From: Nymphaea colorata
Lineage: Eukaryota
Direction: 5' to 3'
NCBI RefSeq assembly: GCF_008831285.2
Contig: NC_045138.2
Span: 24,800,001 to 24,864,000, forward strand
DNA: 64,000 nucleotides
Shown here in pieces: positions 25,801 to 37,806 of the stretch (position 1 is the first letter of the stretch; each line of letters opens with the position of its first letter). Below the pieces are notes generated by a model. That model had not been told where the DNA came from, searched no databases, and worked only from the letters and a program-made list of their open reading frames with translations. The position numbers and the translations under genes were made by a program.

Positions 25801-27726
25801 AGCTGGGATATGCATTTATTGTCTCCTGTTGGGTATTGTATTTTGTGAATGGCGCTGTACTTCTACTCGAGTGAACCCAAGGTGAATAAGTCTTTGAATC
25901 TGAATTCTGACGTGCTTTTGGAGCCATCTAATTGAATGGATATGAAAATTGTTTTATTTGTAGCCACATAAATTTGAGTTTGGAAGTTCAGGAGCACTCA
26001 GTGAGATAAATTCAGCTCCTTTGAAGTTAAAAGCACACCTATGCCCGGGGCCATAGGTTGAATACCTATCCCGGGGCATCTAGGTAGCCAAAACAAAAAA
26101 TACTACTTTATATTTTTAACGTAAAAAGTTTACTTATATCTGGTTGTTCTATCTTCTAAATTCTAATATATTGATTAGGGTGGAGATGTTCCAAAATCTT
26201 CACTTTGGCCCTTTTCCTCTTTTTCCCCTTCCTTATTATCTCTTTCACCTTTTTTCTGTTGAATAGGACCTCCTAGGCCCTGACTAGGAGCTGCCTAGGC
26301 CCCTATAGGCCTCTTTGTGGGAGTTGCTGCATAGGTGTTACCTAGCACTTTGAATGTTCAGCTCAACCTGCACAAGGTTGACTGCTTATTGCTCTTGTGG
26401 ACAAATTTTGCTTACCATTTGTGAGTCTGTGACACTGAAAATAACGCTTTAGTTCAGAAGATGCTTGAAGTCAGCCCTTAATGAACCATAATACAGTTAT
26501 TCCTTGTCTAGTTTCAGTGGTAGTGATGGCAAGGATGGTGACTGTATATAGGTTTTTAGATGTCTGCAGAATATATGGAACATCACTTGCAGGGAGTCTA
26601 GTGGATAATCGTTTCATAGCAACCAGAGGTGGTTACTTTGTACCATAGTCACAAATAACATTTCAGAATTTTAAATGACGAAATTTTTCTTGGGTATAAT
26701 ATGGCGAGCTTGAAAAAAAGGGAAAAATATGATAAATTTTTAAAAATTAAAAAAACTAAAAATTAGGGAAAAATAAAATCAGTGAGAATGTAATAACACA
26801 AACATCAAAAAACAAGTAGATTTACAACAAATAAAAAATAGAAAATGAAAAAAGAAAACTGTTTGGCATTAAAAAAATGAAATGAAAAAAATACGAAAAA
26901 ACACGTTTTTTCGTTTTTAATGTTTTTTAAAAAGTTTTAAACGCGTTTTTTAAAAGTTTTAAATGACAATTTAACTTATCGCATTTTTTCTCTTTTTTTT
27001 TTTCAAAAGCGTCTTTTGTGACACTGCTTTGTACTAGATGGGCAAACCATGTTGGTTAAGTGGTTCTTTTGGAGTTGATAATATATTGGGACCGCATGGT
27101 CTGCAATTGGCATTGACAATAGGTGGTGTGTTTGAAAGTAATTCTGATATGCAATAACTTCAAATGTTCTTGTCTCATTTTTTGATATTTGTAATTCAAG
27201 CGTACAGCTGGTCCTGTTGTTATATATATATATATAATCTGTTATTTGTAATCCAAGCGTACAGCTGGTCCTGTTGTTTGTTTATATATATATATATAGC
27301 TAATAGCTTAATGACCTTTATAGATATATTGTATTTTTTCCTTTTCTTCAACAGGTCATAGCAGCAGCAGTGTCTGGTGATCCTACAAAGTACAATGAAG
27401 CATTTCTTGGGAAATCAAATAAAGACTATTGTGCCTGGATCCTGGATTCAGAAAAATGGGGAGGTATGGCCTTCAAGACATGAAAACATACACGTGTATG
27501 ATGGTTCTTTATTGGAAAAAAATGACCCTTTCAAAAGGTTAAATATTTCTGCTCCAGTTAGATGGGGCTCTTGCTCTTGTTTACATTTGCTTGATCATCA
27601 TCATTATTTAACCATATAGCTTATGGTCTTTTCTTTTGATAATCCTTGTTATACCTGTCGTACCTTTTCGCCTGTTAGGAAAACATGATCTAGAAGTTAA
27701 TTTCTACTTTTCTGAGCATGGATTAT

Positions 27727-27774
<48 letters not shown>

Positions 27775-29253
27775 TGAAGCTACATGTAACTTATACAAAT
27801 TCTAAGCTCTAGCTGCATTTCCTTCAGTAGTAATCTCTATTGGTTTGGGTCTTTAAGGCTGGTTGCAGCTTTTCTGCATGATACAACCTACGAAGTGCCT
27901 TTGTGTTCTCAAGAGAAACCATCACTTCTAATACTGTTTCTGTTATCATATTTGTGAAGGTGCTATTGAGCTTTCAATACTAGCAGATTATTATGAGCGT
28001 GAAATTGCAGCATATGACATACAAACTACACGGTGTGATTTGTATGGCCAGGTTTGTGGCTGTACTTCCTGCCACTTTTCTGATCTTTCATCTAAAATTG
28101 CTGAACCCGTTGCAGTAAAGTGCTGATTCTTATTGAGATGTTATTTATTGTTGGAGCAGGATAAAAACTACAAAGAGAGAGTCATGTTGATTTATGATGG
28201 CTTGCACTATGATGCACTAGCTGTACGTTATGCACTTTAATTAAATTAATTTTCTTTCATTTCATCTTCTTTTTGTTGTCATCTGTCTTAGTGGCATCAA
28301 TATGTAGGCTTGATGTGGTTTGCATCAGCGAATCATTCTCTGCTGATGAGTGTTGAAACTGCTCTGATACCACTTCAATACAAGACTAAACATTTGGGGC
28401 ATTACATATCGACATTCTTTTAGGGAAGAAATGGTGTACTTTTCTTCTGTACCAGTCCAAAATGGGACGTCAAGTGCTTCATAGAAGAATGATTTATGCA
28501 TATGTTTACATTCATGTTTTCCTAATGTATTGTGTACAAAAGTGATTTCATACTGGCCTTTCAGATGTCACCCTTTGAGGATGCCCCTGAGGAGTTTGAC
28601 CAAACAATTTTTCAAGTACGTAATGGCACTATTGGCGCCATTGAACAGCTTGCTCTGAATCTTGTCAAGGAAGCACATAGGTAATAAGCTATCATATTCT
28701 CTGGTACATCACAAAGTCAAAATTATGGACATTTTAGAAAGCCTAGGTTCATGGTACTTGGTTCAGTATGCGTGCTTAGCAACTGGACCCATATTGGTTG
28801 ATTTTAAGTGTTACAACAATCGAGTTACACATTGGACCATCAGATCTCCTATTGACATTTTTGCTATGTTATTTCACTTGTTATTTCTTTTTTCTGTGTT
28901 ATGCAAATTGCGCATGGTAATTAATCATGGTCCATGGAGGCTCAATTTTCAGCAGTGTTCTGAACTCTCTCTCTCCTCTTTCTTCCGCTCCCTCCTTTCT
29001 CTCTGTCATATGACACTTTCTTTGTAAAACTCCAGGAAGCGGAATTACACTGATACATCAAACTTTACCCTGCGTTGCGGTGTTTGCCAAATTGGAGTTG
29101 TGGGCCAGAAGGTTCTAGAACTGTTGAACTTGGTTTAGCATACTTTTGTCTGTCATGTGGTCATTCTTGTACTTATGTTTTCCATCAATATGACAGGAAG
29201 CTGTGGAGCATGCACAGGCAACTGGACACGTTAACTTTCAAGAATACAGGTGA
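22866..29253 (+). CDS. OTU2: OTU-domain deubiquitinase, OTU2/YOD1/Otu1 type, with C-terminal C2H2-like zinc finger (207 aa, 8 coding exons)
   Basis: Exons 22866-22930, 23015-23060, 27355-27463, 27960-28051, 28160-28222, 28565-28680, 29036-29111 and 29197-29253 splice in phase to 624 nt. Catalytic IPSDNSCLF, WGGAIELS and YDGLHYDAL motifs; CGVC...H...GH finger. Probable 5'UTR intron acceptor at 22840-22841. Confidence 0.96.
26015..26360. mobile_element. Degenerate CCTAGG-rich MITE remnant in OTU2 intron 2
   Basis: Clusters of CCTAGG/CCTAT/ATAGG motifs at both ends of an AT-rich core. Boundaries approximate. Confidence 0.45.
26644..27026. mobile_element. hAT-type MITE in OTU2 intron 2
   Basis: TIRs CATAGTCACAAA / TTTGTGACACTG with a perfect 8-bp TSD CTTTGTAC (26636-26643, 27027-27034) and an A-rich then T-rich interior. 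Confidence 0.88.
27186..27298. repeat. About 57-bp tandem duplication upstream of OTU2 exon 3
   Basis: TATTTGTAATYCAAGCGTACAGCTGGTCCTGTTGTT followed by a (TA)n run occurs twice. Confidence 0.85.
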
Positions 29254-30716
29254 GTGCTAGCTTTCGATATTATGACACAACTTGTCAACCCAGTCTACTG
29301 ACTGGAACAAGAGAATGTGGGGCCCATCTATATGGACACTGTAAACATAAAAATTAGGTTTCTCCATGTGGAACCTGTGGAATATTTGGATCTTTTTTGC
29401 AGCAAAGATGTAATTGATGAGAGAATTATCATGACAAAGCGGCTCTATTTGAGAAAAACATTTCTTAACCAATAAACTCATCTCTTCACCTCCACGCATG
29501 TGATTGAACTACCCATTGATAGTTGCCTTTTTATGATCATGGAACCATATCTGTATGCTTCGGTGTAATCTCCTGGCGTGATGTTGTTTCTCATTTGATG
29601 TGTCCACTAGAAGGTTTTCAAAGGGGCCTGAACTTGATTCCGGATAATCTGCAATGTGCGTCTTGAAAAGTTAGATGCCGTTGTCATTGCAAAAAGGCTT
29701 ACATGATGAATAGTCGTATCACAGGAAGCAACTTACCCTTCACGATAGCATGGGTTTGCCTAAACGATGAGAGGATAAGATGGCGAAAAGCTGGAGCAGC
29801 AATTGATAGTGATGTTATATTGAAGTCTTTTTGGGTGGTCTTATCCAATTTGTCTGATCAGGATGTCCCCTTATTTCTCAGAGTGGGAGATCATGTCTTT
29901 CCTTACTACGAAACAGAGAATAATGTAAAAGGGTGCCATACCAGGGATACTCTCTCTTTCTTTGGGCATGGGTGAACCAACTTTCCCCTTCGGAAAGAAC
30001 TGGCTGTCTCGCGACTTTCATATATGGTGAATTATTTGCATGAAGCACGTTTATATGGTTAGATCCTGCATTTAGTCGTTATAACAGGAGAACACCATGG
30101 TATTATCAGGGCATTGGGGGGAGAGAGAGAGGAGCCTGTGTAACTTTTATGCGTTAAAAGAGCTGACATTGTTTTGACAGAAACGGAAATGTAGAGAAAA
30201 CACCTAAACTTGGTGATAAGACAAAGGTCGATTAAAACTAAACATGCAAAAGCACGACTACATTTCTGAGACGCACTGGAGAAGTTCATGAGCATTTCCA
30301 TTTAGCTGGCAGTTTGAACATGGCGAACTTACTATTGCATCAAGACAGTAAGTAAAGGCCTAATTAGTTTGGGCAAAGAGATGCTGTTCTCGTGGTAATT
30401 GGTTTTCATCCCTTCAATAGCAAGCTAAACGGAATGGTCCATAAACATTTTTTATTTACCTTAGGGAATGACATATCTAGTGAACTTATATTTAGAAGCA
30501 CTCGGTATTTTCAGAGCTATAATTAGAAAATTTAGTGTTCTCTCGTGCACCACGCATGCCCCTATCTGTGTGTACATGTATGTAAATTAGATAATAACGA
30601 CGTGGACAATTTCAAGGAACTTTTTGTTTGTTATTTTTGAACGTTTACCACTAAGCTTTCAATGGAAAGAAAAAGAAAGAGTATCTTACTTTACAATGAA
30701 TTCTGAGAGTCTAACT

Positions 30717-30766
<50 letters not shown>

Positions 30767-33700
30767 AACGCACATTTTCTGCAAAAGACTAAGAAGGGGA
30801 AAAAGAGGAGGGGTGGGGTTGGGGAAGTTAGTAGGAGAGGGAAAGGACAAAAGGGAGGACTGGTTCAGCCAATCCTATTTTGAAAATGCTTGTACTCATT
30901 CATCCCTTCCTCTCTCTCTATCTCTCTCTCTCTCTACATTGCATACACACATAGGAACAGGTAGATGTCAGGCCACATTTGATTTTTTTTTTACATGGAC
31001 AATTGAGAGAAAAAAAAGAAAGAAGATTGACATTTGATCATCTAATATTAATTGATAATATTTTCTTTCAACCGTCCATTACAATGGATGGATCGAACGA
31101 CTCTGAATGAGTTCAGTGATTCTAAATAGCCAGAGTTACCATTCAGTTTTCATCAAATCATTCATAGAAATAGAAAAAGAAAAAAAGTGTAAACTAATGC
31201 TAAATGATAGAAATATCTATCACATTTTTCTTTTAACCACCCATCCTATCGGTTATCAACAAACTTTGACGAGCATAATAATAGTTTTGAAATGGTTAAG
31301 CCAGGTGGAAGGCATTAAATTGGAATAACTACAGATCGACTATTCTTGCACACGAACAAATAAAAAAGCTTACTAAAGTCGTAGAATCATCGAAGCATCT
31401 CATGGAAGAGTGACGAAGAGGCAGTGACAACAGCATTCAGAAAGGAGATAAGGAGATGGAATGAAAGGACCCTTGCAAATTAAGAAGCCGCCGAGAAACC
31501 TCCAACTTAGCTTTCCGGGATGCAGGCGGCGCCGCCTCACTCCCTTTTCCCCACACGATTGCTTTCAAGTTTGTTCCCTCCATGCAAAGCAGTCTTTATC
31601 CTTCGCTTCACACCAACAGACTTACTTACGTTCTCACCGTTCATTACCTTCGAAAATTCTCCCGAAAAGGTGGCAGCTGAGAAGGCACGAAAGCCATTGC
31701 TGCGGCCTGTATTTCCTCACGCCAACTGTAATCCCCCGTCCGCTTCGAGTAATGAGAAGATCCAACAATCTTTCAAATCACCGTTGGAAAAAGATTTAGA
31801 TCCTTCTGGCTTTTATTTTTCATCGGATGCTTTTGGTTGTGCCATCTGCATTAATTAATCAAGTACGAAATCAGATCAACTGAAAATAACATGCAATTTC
31901 TTCACGAAATTATTCTATTAGGCGATCGAGGAGATCTGCTCGCTACTGAAGTGGTAATTGTCATATGTAAGTACATCATTGGAATGTAAATCACATTAAA
32001 CCAAGTTTTTAAAACTCACTAAACAGATTTAGTTTTCAGAAACCAAATTTTTGCAAAACTAAGTTAGATGATGTCATCCAAATGCCCCCTTAACTTTCTT
32101 ATACGCAGTTGGTTCAATCTGATAGATCTTTCTAGTTCACATTTTTAATTTTCTTTAAAAGGTTTTACGGGAAAAATGTAACTTCTTTCACGCCATAAAC
32201 GGAGCTTTCTCTTCTGCCTACCTCCCACATTGTTCACATTCAAATGAATTTTCTCATACAAAGCGCCTTACAGGCAAACCCGTTCCTTTTCCCATGAGAT
32301 TTTTTTCTTTTCTGCTTCAAATGCGTTTTGGAAAACCACAAAGATGGCAGTTGTCGCATCTTTCCCACAATTAATTCAAAGATGGAAATGGGCTCCACAT
32401 GGTGGACTGCCTTTTGTACCAGTGCTGAATTTTTCTCGAGTGCTCTCAGTAGTTGTCCAGTTCGGGATGCCAGCCATTAGAATGTCACGAAGCAGAGTAG
32501 AGCACGGCACCACATAGAGCTAAAAACTTGTGTGAGTACACAAGTTCCATATTTTTAAAGAAAAGCGAATGGAAGTGGCTGCATTGAGTCCTTTTCTCTC
32601 CATAAGAAAAGCTTCACCCACTAAGCAATCGTAAGGAGAATGCATTTGCTGATAAATCCAAATCTCTACATAAAGTTTAAACCCTATCACTCTATTGCTT
32701 GAGCTTTTTCGAGGCGGTGTTTGATACTCTCAAATCATATGTGAATCTGATTTGAAATCCACGTTATGTGAGAAGAAATACTGGATCTTAAGAGTGTAGA
32801 TCTTAAATCCATGCTACATGCAAAGAAAATCCAAATGTTCTTACTAGTCTAAGGGCTCACTGCCATTTTAACAACTAAAATAAACCGCCAACCAATAAGT
32901 TAAAACAGTGTCACGTGTATGCGCATGCCGGCTGCATGCAACACGGACACAAACACATACATATGTGCACGAAAGCACACAAAATTTGACCAATAATGAC
33001 CGTTATTGAGATAGGACAAAGAAAGATTAAAAGGGAGCTCATCGAGCCAAGTGAGCTTTACTGCCCTTCTTTTAGGGAGCGGTTCTTGCTTATTCATCTG
33101 CATTTTGTGGGTCTCTTACACATGTTACATTCTTATCTAACGACTGTTAACAAACACATGGGTTTCAAATTAGTTCTCCGAGTTAAACTTGGCAGAAAAG
33201 CCATCTTTCTTGGCATGAGAAAGATATAAATAATCTTGAGACGATCTTCTTTTCTGGATTTGTATAAAGAATTACATCCGATTTGCTAATTACCCACATA
33301 CGGTAAGCCACTAACTATGGTTAAAAAATAATGAAGACCAAACTTGTCTTAGAAAGCGTGTATATGTATATACAAAGGTGAGTTAGTCAACTTAGATTGG
33401 AAAAAGATAGATTAGAAAAAGAGAAGAGAGAGACCCTTTCTTTTTCTCTTTTTTTTTTGTGTTTAATTTATTCAGAAAGCTTTGTGCACACACGCAACTC
33501 CCTGTAACCGTTAGATATTGACATAAAAGTTGGTCGACAAACCCAACGCACGTCCCTCTCAAGCACTAAATTCCCCGCTTCCTTCATTCATTATGGCGAG
33601 TGTAGAGGAAAAATCTCGTCCCTCCTTCAGAAATCGAGCGGAAAGCAGTCACGGGATCTCCGCACACCTTACCAAGAAACTGGTTCTTATCTTTCAACCT

Positions 33701-36488
33701 GAATTGCACCCTCTGTTCTATGACGAAAACACCTTGTGATAAATAATCACAGTGAATGTCAATTAATCCAGTCATTTTTTTTATAGAGTGTTTAGGATTT
33801 GAGTAAAGAACGAACACCCATCAATTTTAAGTGTCCAACATTTACTGTTTACAATCTTTACAATCTAAAAAAGTAACACCCATAAGAATCAAATTGTCTG
33901 ACCATCTATACCTCGCCCAACAAGGCAATTTGGCTTCTTTTTGAGGAAAATCTGCAAATGTTGCACTTGTTTTCTGTTAGTAAAAGTTAAATATGTGCGG
34001 CTCTGAGACGAGGGATTCATGGATGCTAGTGTTTGAAAGGGACACGAGCGGTCGTGGTTTCTATATTTCATCCCGATGACATGGTGCTGACAGCTTTGTA
34101 CCTCAATGCTCGTCATGTTGAAGATGATGGCGATGGATGTCGTGATGTGAGCATCTGCTGGCGATGTCAATGGCTGCCATCTATTTGGGTTGGACATGCA
34201 ATTAAAGAGAAAATCTAATTGGTCAATTTTTGTGATCGGAGTAGGATTTGGTTGGTAATTAGGATGGATGCTTGGTGATAATCGCACCTTTTCCCCTAAC
34301 TTAATTGGTCCGGTCGAGCATTGAATATGAATTCTTACCTCTTAATAGCATTAATCAAGAGACTAGGAAGAGCTCTTTAGATCTTGCAAGTTCGACTAAA
34401 ACCTGGAGCTTGAAATAAATCAAGAGTTCAATATCATAATTTAGATCAATTTGGTGCTCTGAGGGACATAACATAGCTCCAGTTGAAGAGCTACACTGCC
34501 TTCATATTAGGCCTTGATGCAGCTCTAAACCTTGCGAACAAGGGAAAAAATGAAAAGAAAAGAAGGGAGGGTGAGTCATCTCCTCATTAGGGTGGTAGGG
34601 GTTTGCCTTACTCAAGTTAATTTGCTATAAGGATAAAAGTACAAGCATACCATGATTCTTGTTTGTTGGGTGTCCAACTTGATAATTGATTAAGGATAAG
34701 CTCACTGTTTAAGCTATTGGGTGCCAATTATTCGCCGAAATGCAAATCCAATTCACTCTTCTTTGGCCGTATATGATGAGACAGGAATTTCACAAGATGT
34801 GCATCCAAACAAAATCATCCTGATTTGTATCCTTAGATGTTGGAGTTGAAGTGTGTATACATTAGATGGTCGAGCAAAGCTCATGCCCAAGATTAGTGGC
34901 TTCAAATGGAGTGCCAGTACAATAATCAAGGCCGACCAGTATCGACAGTCCCTTAGGTTTGTCTAAAGTTACATGCATTCAGTATTTAATTTCTTTCTTT
35001 CTTTTTTCCTCCTCCTTCCGTTCGTGTATCTAAATCACAACTTGTGATATGTTGTAACTATTGGATACAAAGATTACGTAGCCGTTGGCCCAATGTGTTG
35101 ATATTTTTTTGTTAGTACTTGTTTGTGTGTACATACTTTTGGTCTGCCAGTTTGCATCTGCGTGAGAGGACTCAGGCGTTCTTTCACTGATTTGTCTGTA
35201 GTTGAAGGGGTTGAAAACTTTGCCATTTTGTTAGAGTCCAAATCCCTTTCCTCTTCCTCTCATAGATTAAAGTAGTAGTGGCTGCAATCCCAACAAACAA
35301 GAGGAAAAAAGAAAACGGATGAATGTGAAAAAGGAAGAAGATTCCTTCCCTAAAATAAAGGCTCAATCGATGGTGTTCTTGGTAGATGAATCTTACATCC
35401 CACCTCCCTCCGCTTTCTCTCTAAAACTGTTCTCTTTTTGGTGTACGCCCACACAATTATTTCACCCCTTTGATGGTCATGGTTCCCGGGGGATGGCACG
35501 AATTATTGACCTCATGCATATCAACGTTGGCTGGCTTCCGCCATTGGAGAGGAGACGGAGGAGCGCCCTCACTGTCTGTTCCGGCCCATGGGGCCAATCA
35601 ACCTGGGCCCTAATCAGGGAGAATTATTTTAACTATTCAATATGGAGAGAGAGACATCGAGGCGTACCTATCGAGAACAACTAGCGAAGGAAACATTGGG
35701 ATTGATTTAACAAGGTGTTATCATTTGATGCAGGGGACCCATTTTCTTCACAGCCATATCTTCTATTTGGGTACACAAACACTTGGATTAACGAAAGGAA
35801 ATCCTTCTGTAATTCCTGTGAACAGATATAGCGGTTAACCATGGACGATGCATCCTCACATCGAAACAGCAATTCAATCAAGACGCAAATAGCATTCTTT
35901 TTGCTCCTTTTCTTCTTTCTGTTTTTCCTTTTCTTGTTTTTTAAAGGGATTGTACGTCTGCAAGTCGTAAAACTGCTGTTGAAATATGCCTCCAATTCCC
36001 CACCACCATTCCCATTTTGGGCAGCAGAAATGGCTGGTCCCTTTCTTTCGCATGACAAGAAAGGCATATCTTTTATCAAAAATGGAATGGAGGGTCTTGA
36101 TTGTTTCTGGCAGCAAAAGAAAGGAGAGGGAAAGAGAGAGAGAGAGAGAAATGGAGCTCTTTCAAAAAGCATGGCCAGTAAATACAGAATAGCTACTCTC
36201 CCCAGGCTATAGAGATGACAAACATGTACTACTTGGCTTTCCCCTCCCCTTCTAGTGGTGGGCCACGCACCATCAATTTTTTTTTCCTTTTTTTCTTTCC
36301 CTTTACACACAAAAGCGGCGACCGGAATTATGCACAGACTGGCCGGAATCTTTACACCCCATGGACATACGAGTTTTTTTTTTTTTTTTGAGTAACACGG
36401 CTCAATGGCGAGGCATGGGCCGCCAAATCACTGCAAATGATCAATAAAAGCCCTCAAAATTCGTCGGAAAGACACAAACTCAGGCCGA

Positions 36489-37130
36489 TCAGCCGAAGAA
36501 GCCGGTCTGGCTCCAGACCGCATTCCGGACCCGGCTCATGTCACGACCCTTGAGAGTGCGGCCGGCCCCCTCCAAGACGGAGGTCGCCGAGCCGCGCTGC
36601 CTCGCGCTCTCCCGCGCCAGGTACTCGTGCGGCGGGACCCACTCCCGCTCCTCCTCCAGCGGCGACACCTCGTTCTCCGCCAGCGACCCCGGCGAGGGGT
36701 CGCGCAGGATCTTGGACCAGTCCGGCACGTTAACTGGAGCCGAGTGGCGCGCCGCGCCGGCTGGCCCATCTTCCACCTGCCGGAACTGCTGGATGATCAT
36801 CGCGGCCGTCGAGGGGTTCCCTCCGCCGGCGACTGCCTCCTGAAATGCCAGTGACAGCCCGCCAACCTGGCGGTGCCCATCGGAGGAGGCGATCGGCCAC
36901 CGACGGTTGCGCCCACTGCTGGTGCCGCCGCCTCCGGCGACGGCGTTCATCCGCTTCTTTTCCTCCTTGAAAGCCGCCGTCTCGTCAATTATCGACCAGA
37001 CCTCGTCCTCGGCTAGCTCGCCGTCCCCGCTCCCGACTGGGCCAGCCGCCGGATACCCGAAGTTCCCGGTCACCCTCTCCCGCCCGACCCTCCTTCCCAT
37101 CCCAAAACTCATTCCGGATACCTCCAGCAT
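36489..37130 (-). CDS. S40: S40-family senescence regulator (DUF584)
   Basis: GC-rich single exon with ELAEDEVWS, VGGLSLAF, SAPVNVPDWSKILR, WVPPHEYLAR and SVLEGAGRTLKGRDMSRVRNAVWSQTGF. First in-frame ATG is 37130; ATGs at 37112 and 37100 are alternatives. The ORF-track start at 37202 is a GTG. Confidence 0.93.
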   Translation of the reverse strand: MLEVSGMSFGMGRRVGRERVTGNFGYPAAGPVGSGDGELAEDEVWSIIDETAAFKEEKKRMNAVAGGGGTSSGRNRRWPIASSDGHRQVGGLSLAFQEAVAGGGNPSTAAMIIQQFRQVEDGPAGAARHSAPVNVPDWSKILRDPSPGSLAENEVSPLEEEREWVPPHEYLARESARQRGSATSVLEGAGRTLKGRDMSRVRNAVWSQTGFFG

Positions 37131-37243
37131 AATTACCGTACAGCCGGGAAAAAAAATCGAACTCACTGGACACTCGGCGAGACTTCCCCGGCCATCTCCC
37201 ACGAGAAATTACGGCGACTCCACCGGTCGCCTCGGCCCCTTCC

Positions 37244-37463
37244 TTTATACATCGCTGCCGTCTTCATTTCATTTCATTTCGCCTGAATCTCGCCCTCATT
37301 TGATTTCCTCCACTCCACGTCAGCAACCTTCCGGCGCTACCGACAAAACGATGGAAGGAGGAGGAAGACGAGCGGACGGGCCACGTCGGATCTCCTTCCC
37401 TGACGGCGGGGCCCACTCCCTCTCGGCTGGCCCTCCTCCACGTGGAGAACCATTACACGTGGC
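37244..37463 (-). promoter_or_regulatory. S40 promoter: TATA box plus ABRE/G-box cluster
   Basis: TATAAA on the minus strand (37244-37249); CCACGTCA 37315-37322, GCCACGTC 37380-37387, TCCACGTGGA 37437-37446, TACACGTGGC 37454-37463; GGGCCCAC 37409-37416. Confidence 0.75.
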
Positions 37464-37578
37464 GCCAAAACCAGCGCCTTGGTGGGCCCAGCTCAAAGCC
37501 CGGCCAAGTGGCGGGCCAGCCCGTGTCGATTGCGGGGGCTGACTTCTCTCTTTCGAAAGCTCAGCCGATATTTTCTCT

Positions 37579-37806
37579 TAAAAACATCGTGAACTGTGAA
37601 GCGTTTTGGCATTAAAAAAACCTCTGAATATTTCAAAATATCGCCGATATTTTGTCCTCGAACCGAAAAGCAAAGAACAAAATTTAAATCTTCCGTTCTC
37701 CCTAAAAACATCGTGAACTGTGAAGTGTTTTGGGATTAAAAAAAACTTCTAAATATTTCAAAATATCGCCGATATTTTGTCCTCGAACCGAAGTGTAAAG
37801 AACAAT
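37579..37806. repeat. 124-bp-period tandem duplication
   Basis: TAAAAACATCGTGAACTGTGAAG...TATCGCCGATATTTTGTCCTCGAACCGAA at 37579 and 37703. Confidence 0.9.

Noticed and set aside
31461..31858. Two overlapping 112-aa plus ORFs
   Set aside because: No recognisable motif or splice structure; cannot be distinguished from chance, though a small orphan gene is not excluded.
32222..32260. snRNA upstream sequence element-like TCCCACATTG
   Set aside because: Imperfect match, no correctly spaced TATA box and no snRNA body downstream.
35681..36310. 209-aa minus ORF and overlapping plus ORFs downstream of S40
   Set aside because: Non-ATG start, low-complexity K/F/L runs produced by A/T and GA tracts, and no recognisable domain; probably 3' flank.
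36536..37542. Long antisense and alternate-frame ORFs over S40 (also over 15141-15724 and 18950-19994)
   Set aside because: Expected shadows of GC-rich or purine-biased coding exons.
37719..37737. miR395-like GTGAAGTGTTTTGGGA
   Set aside because: Several mismatches, no complementary star arm, and it lies in a tandem duplication.
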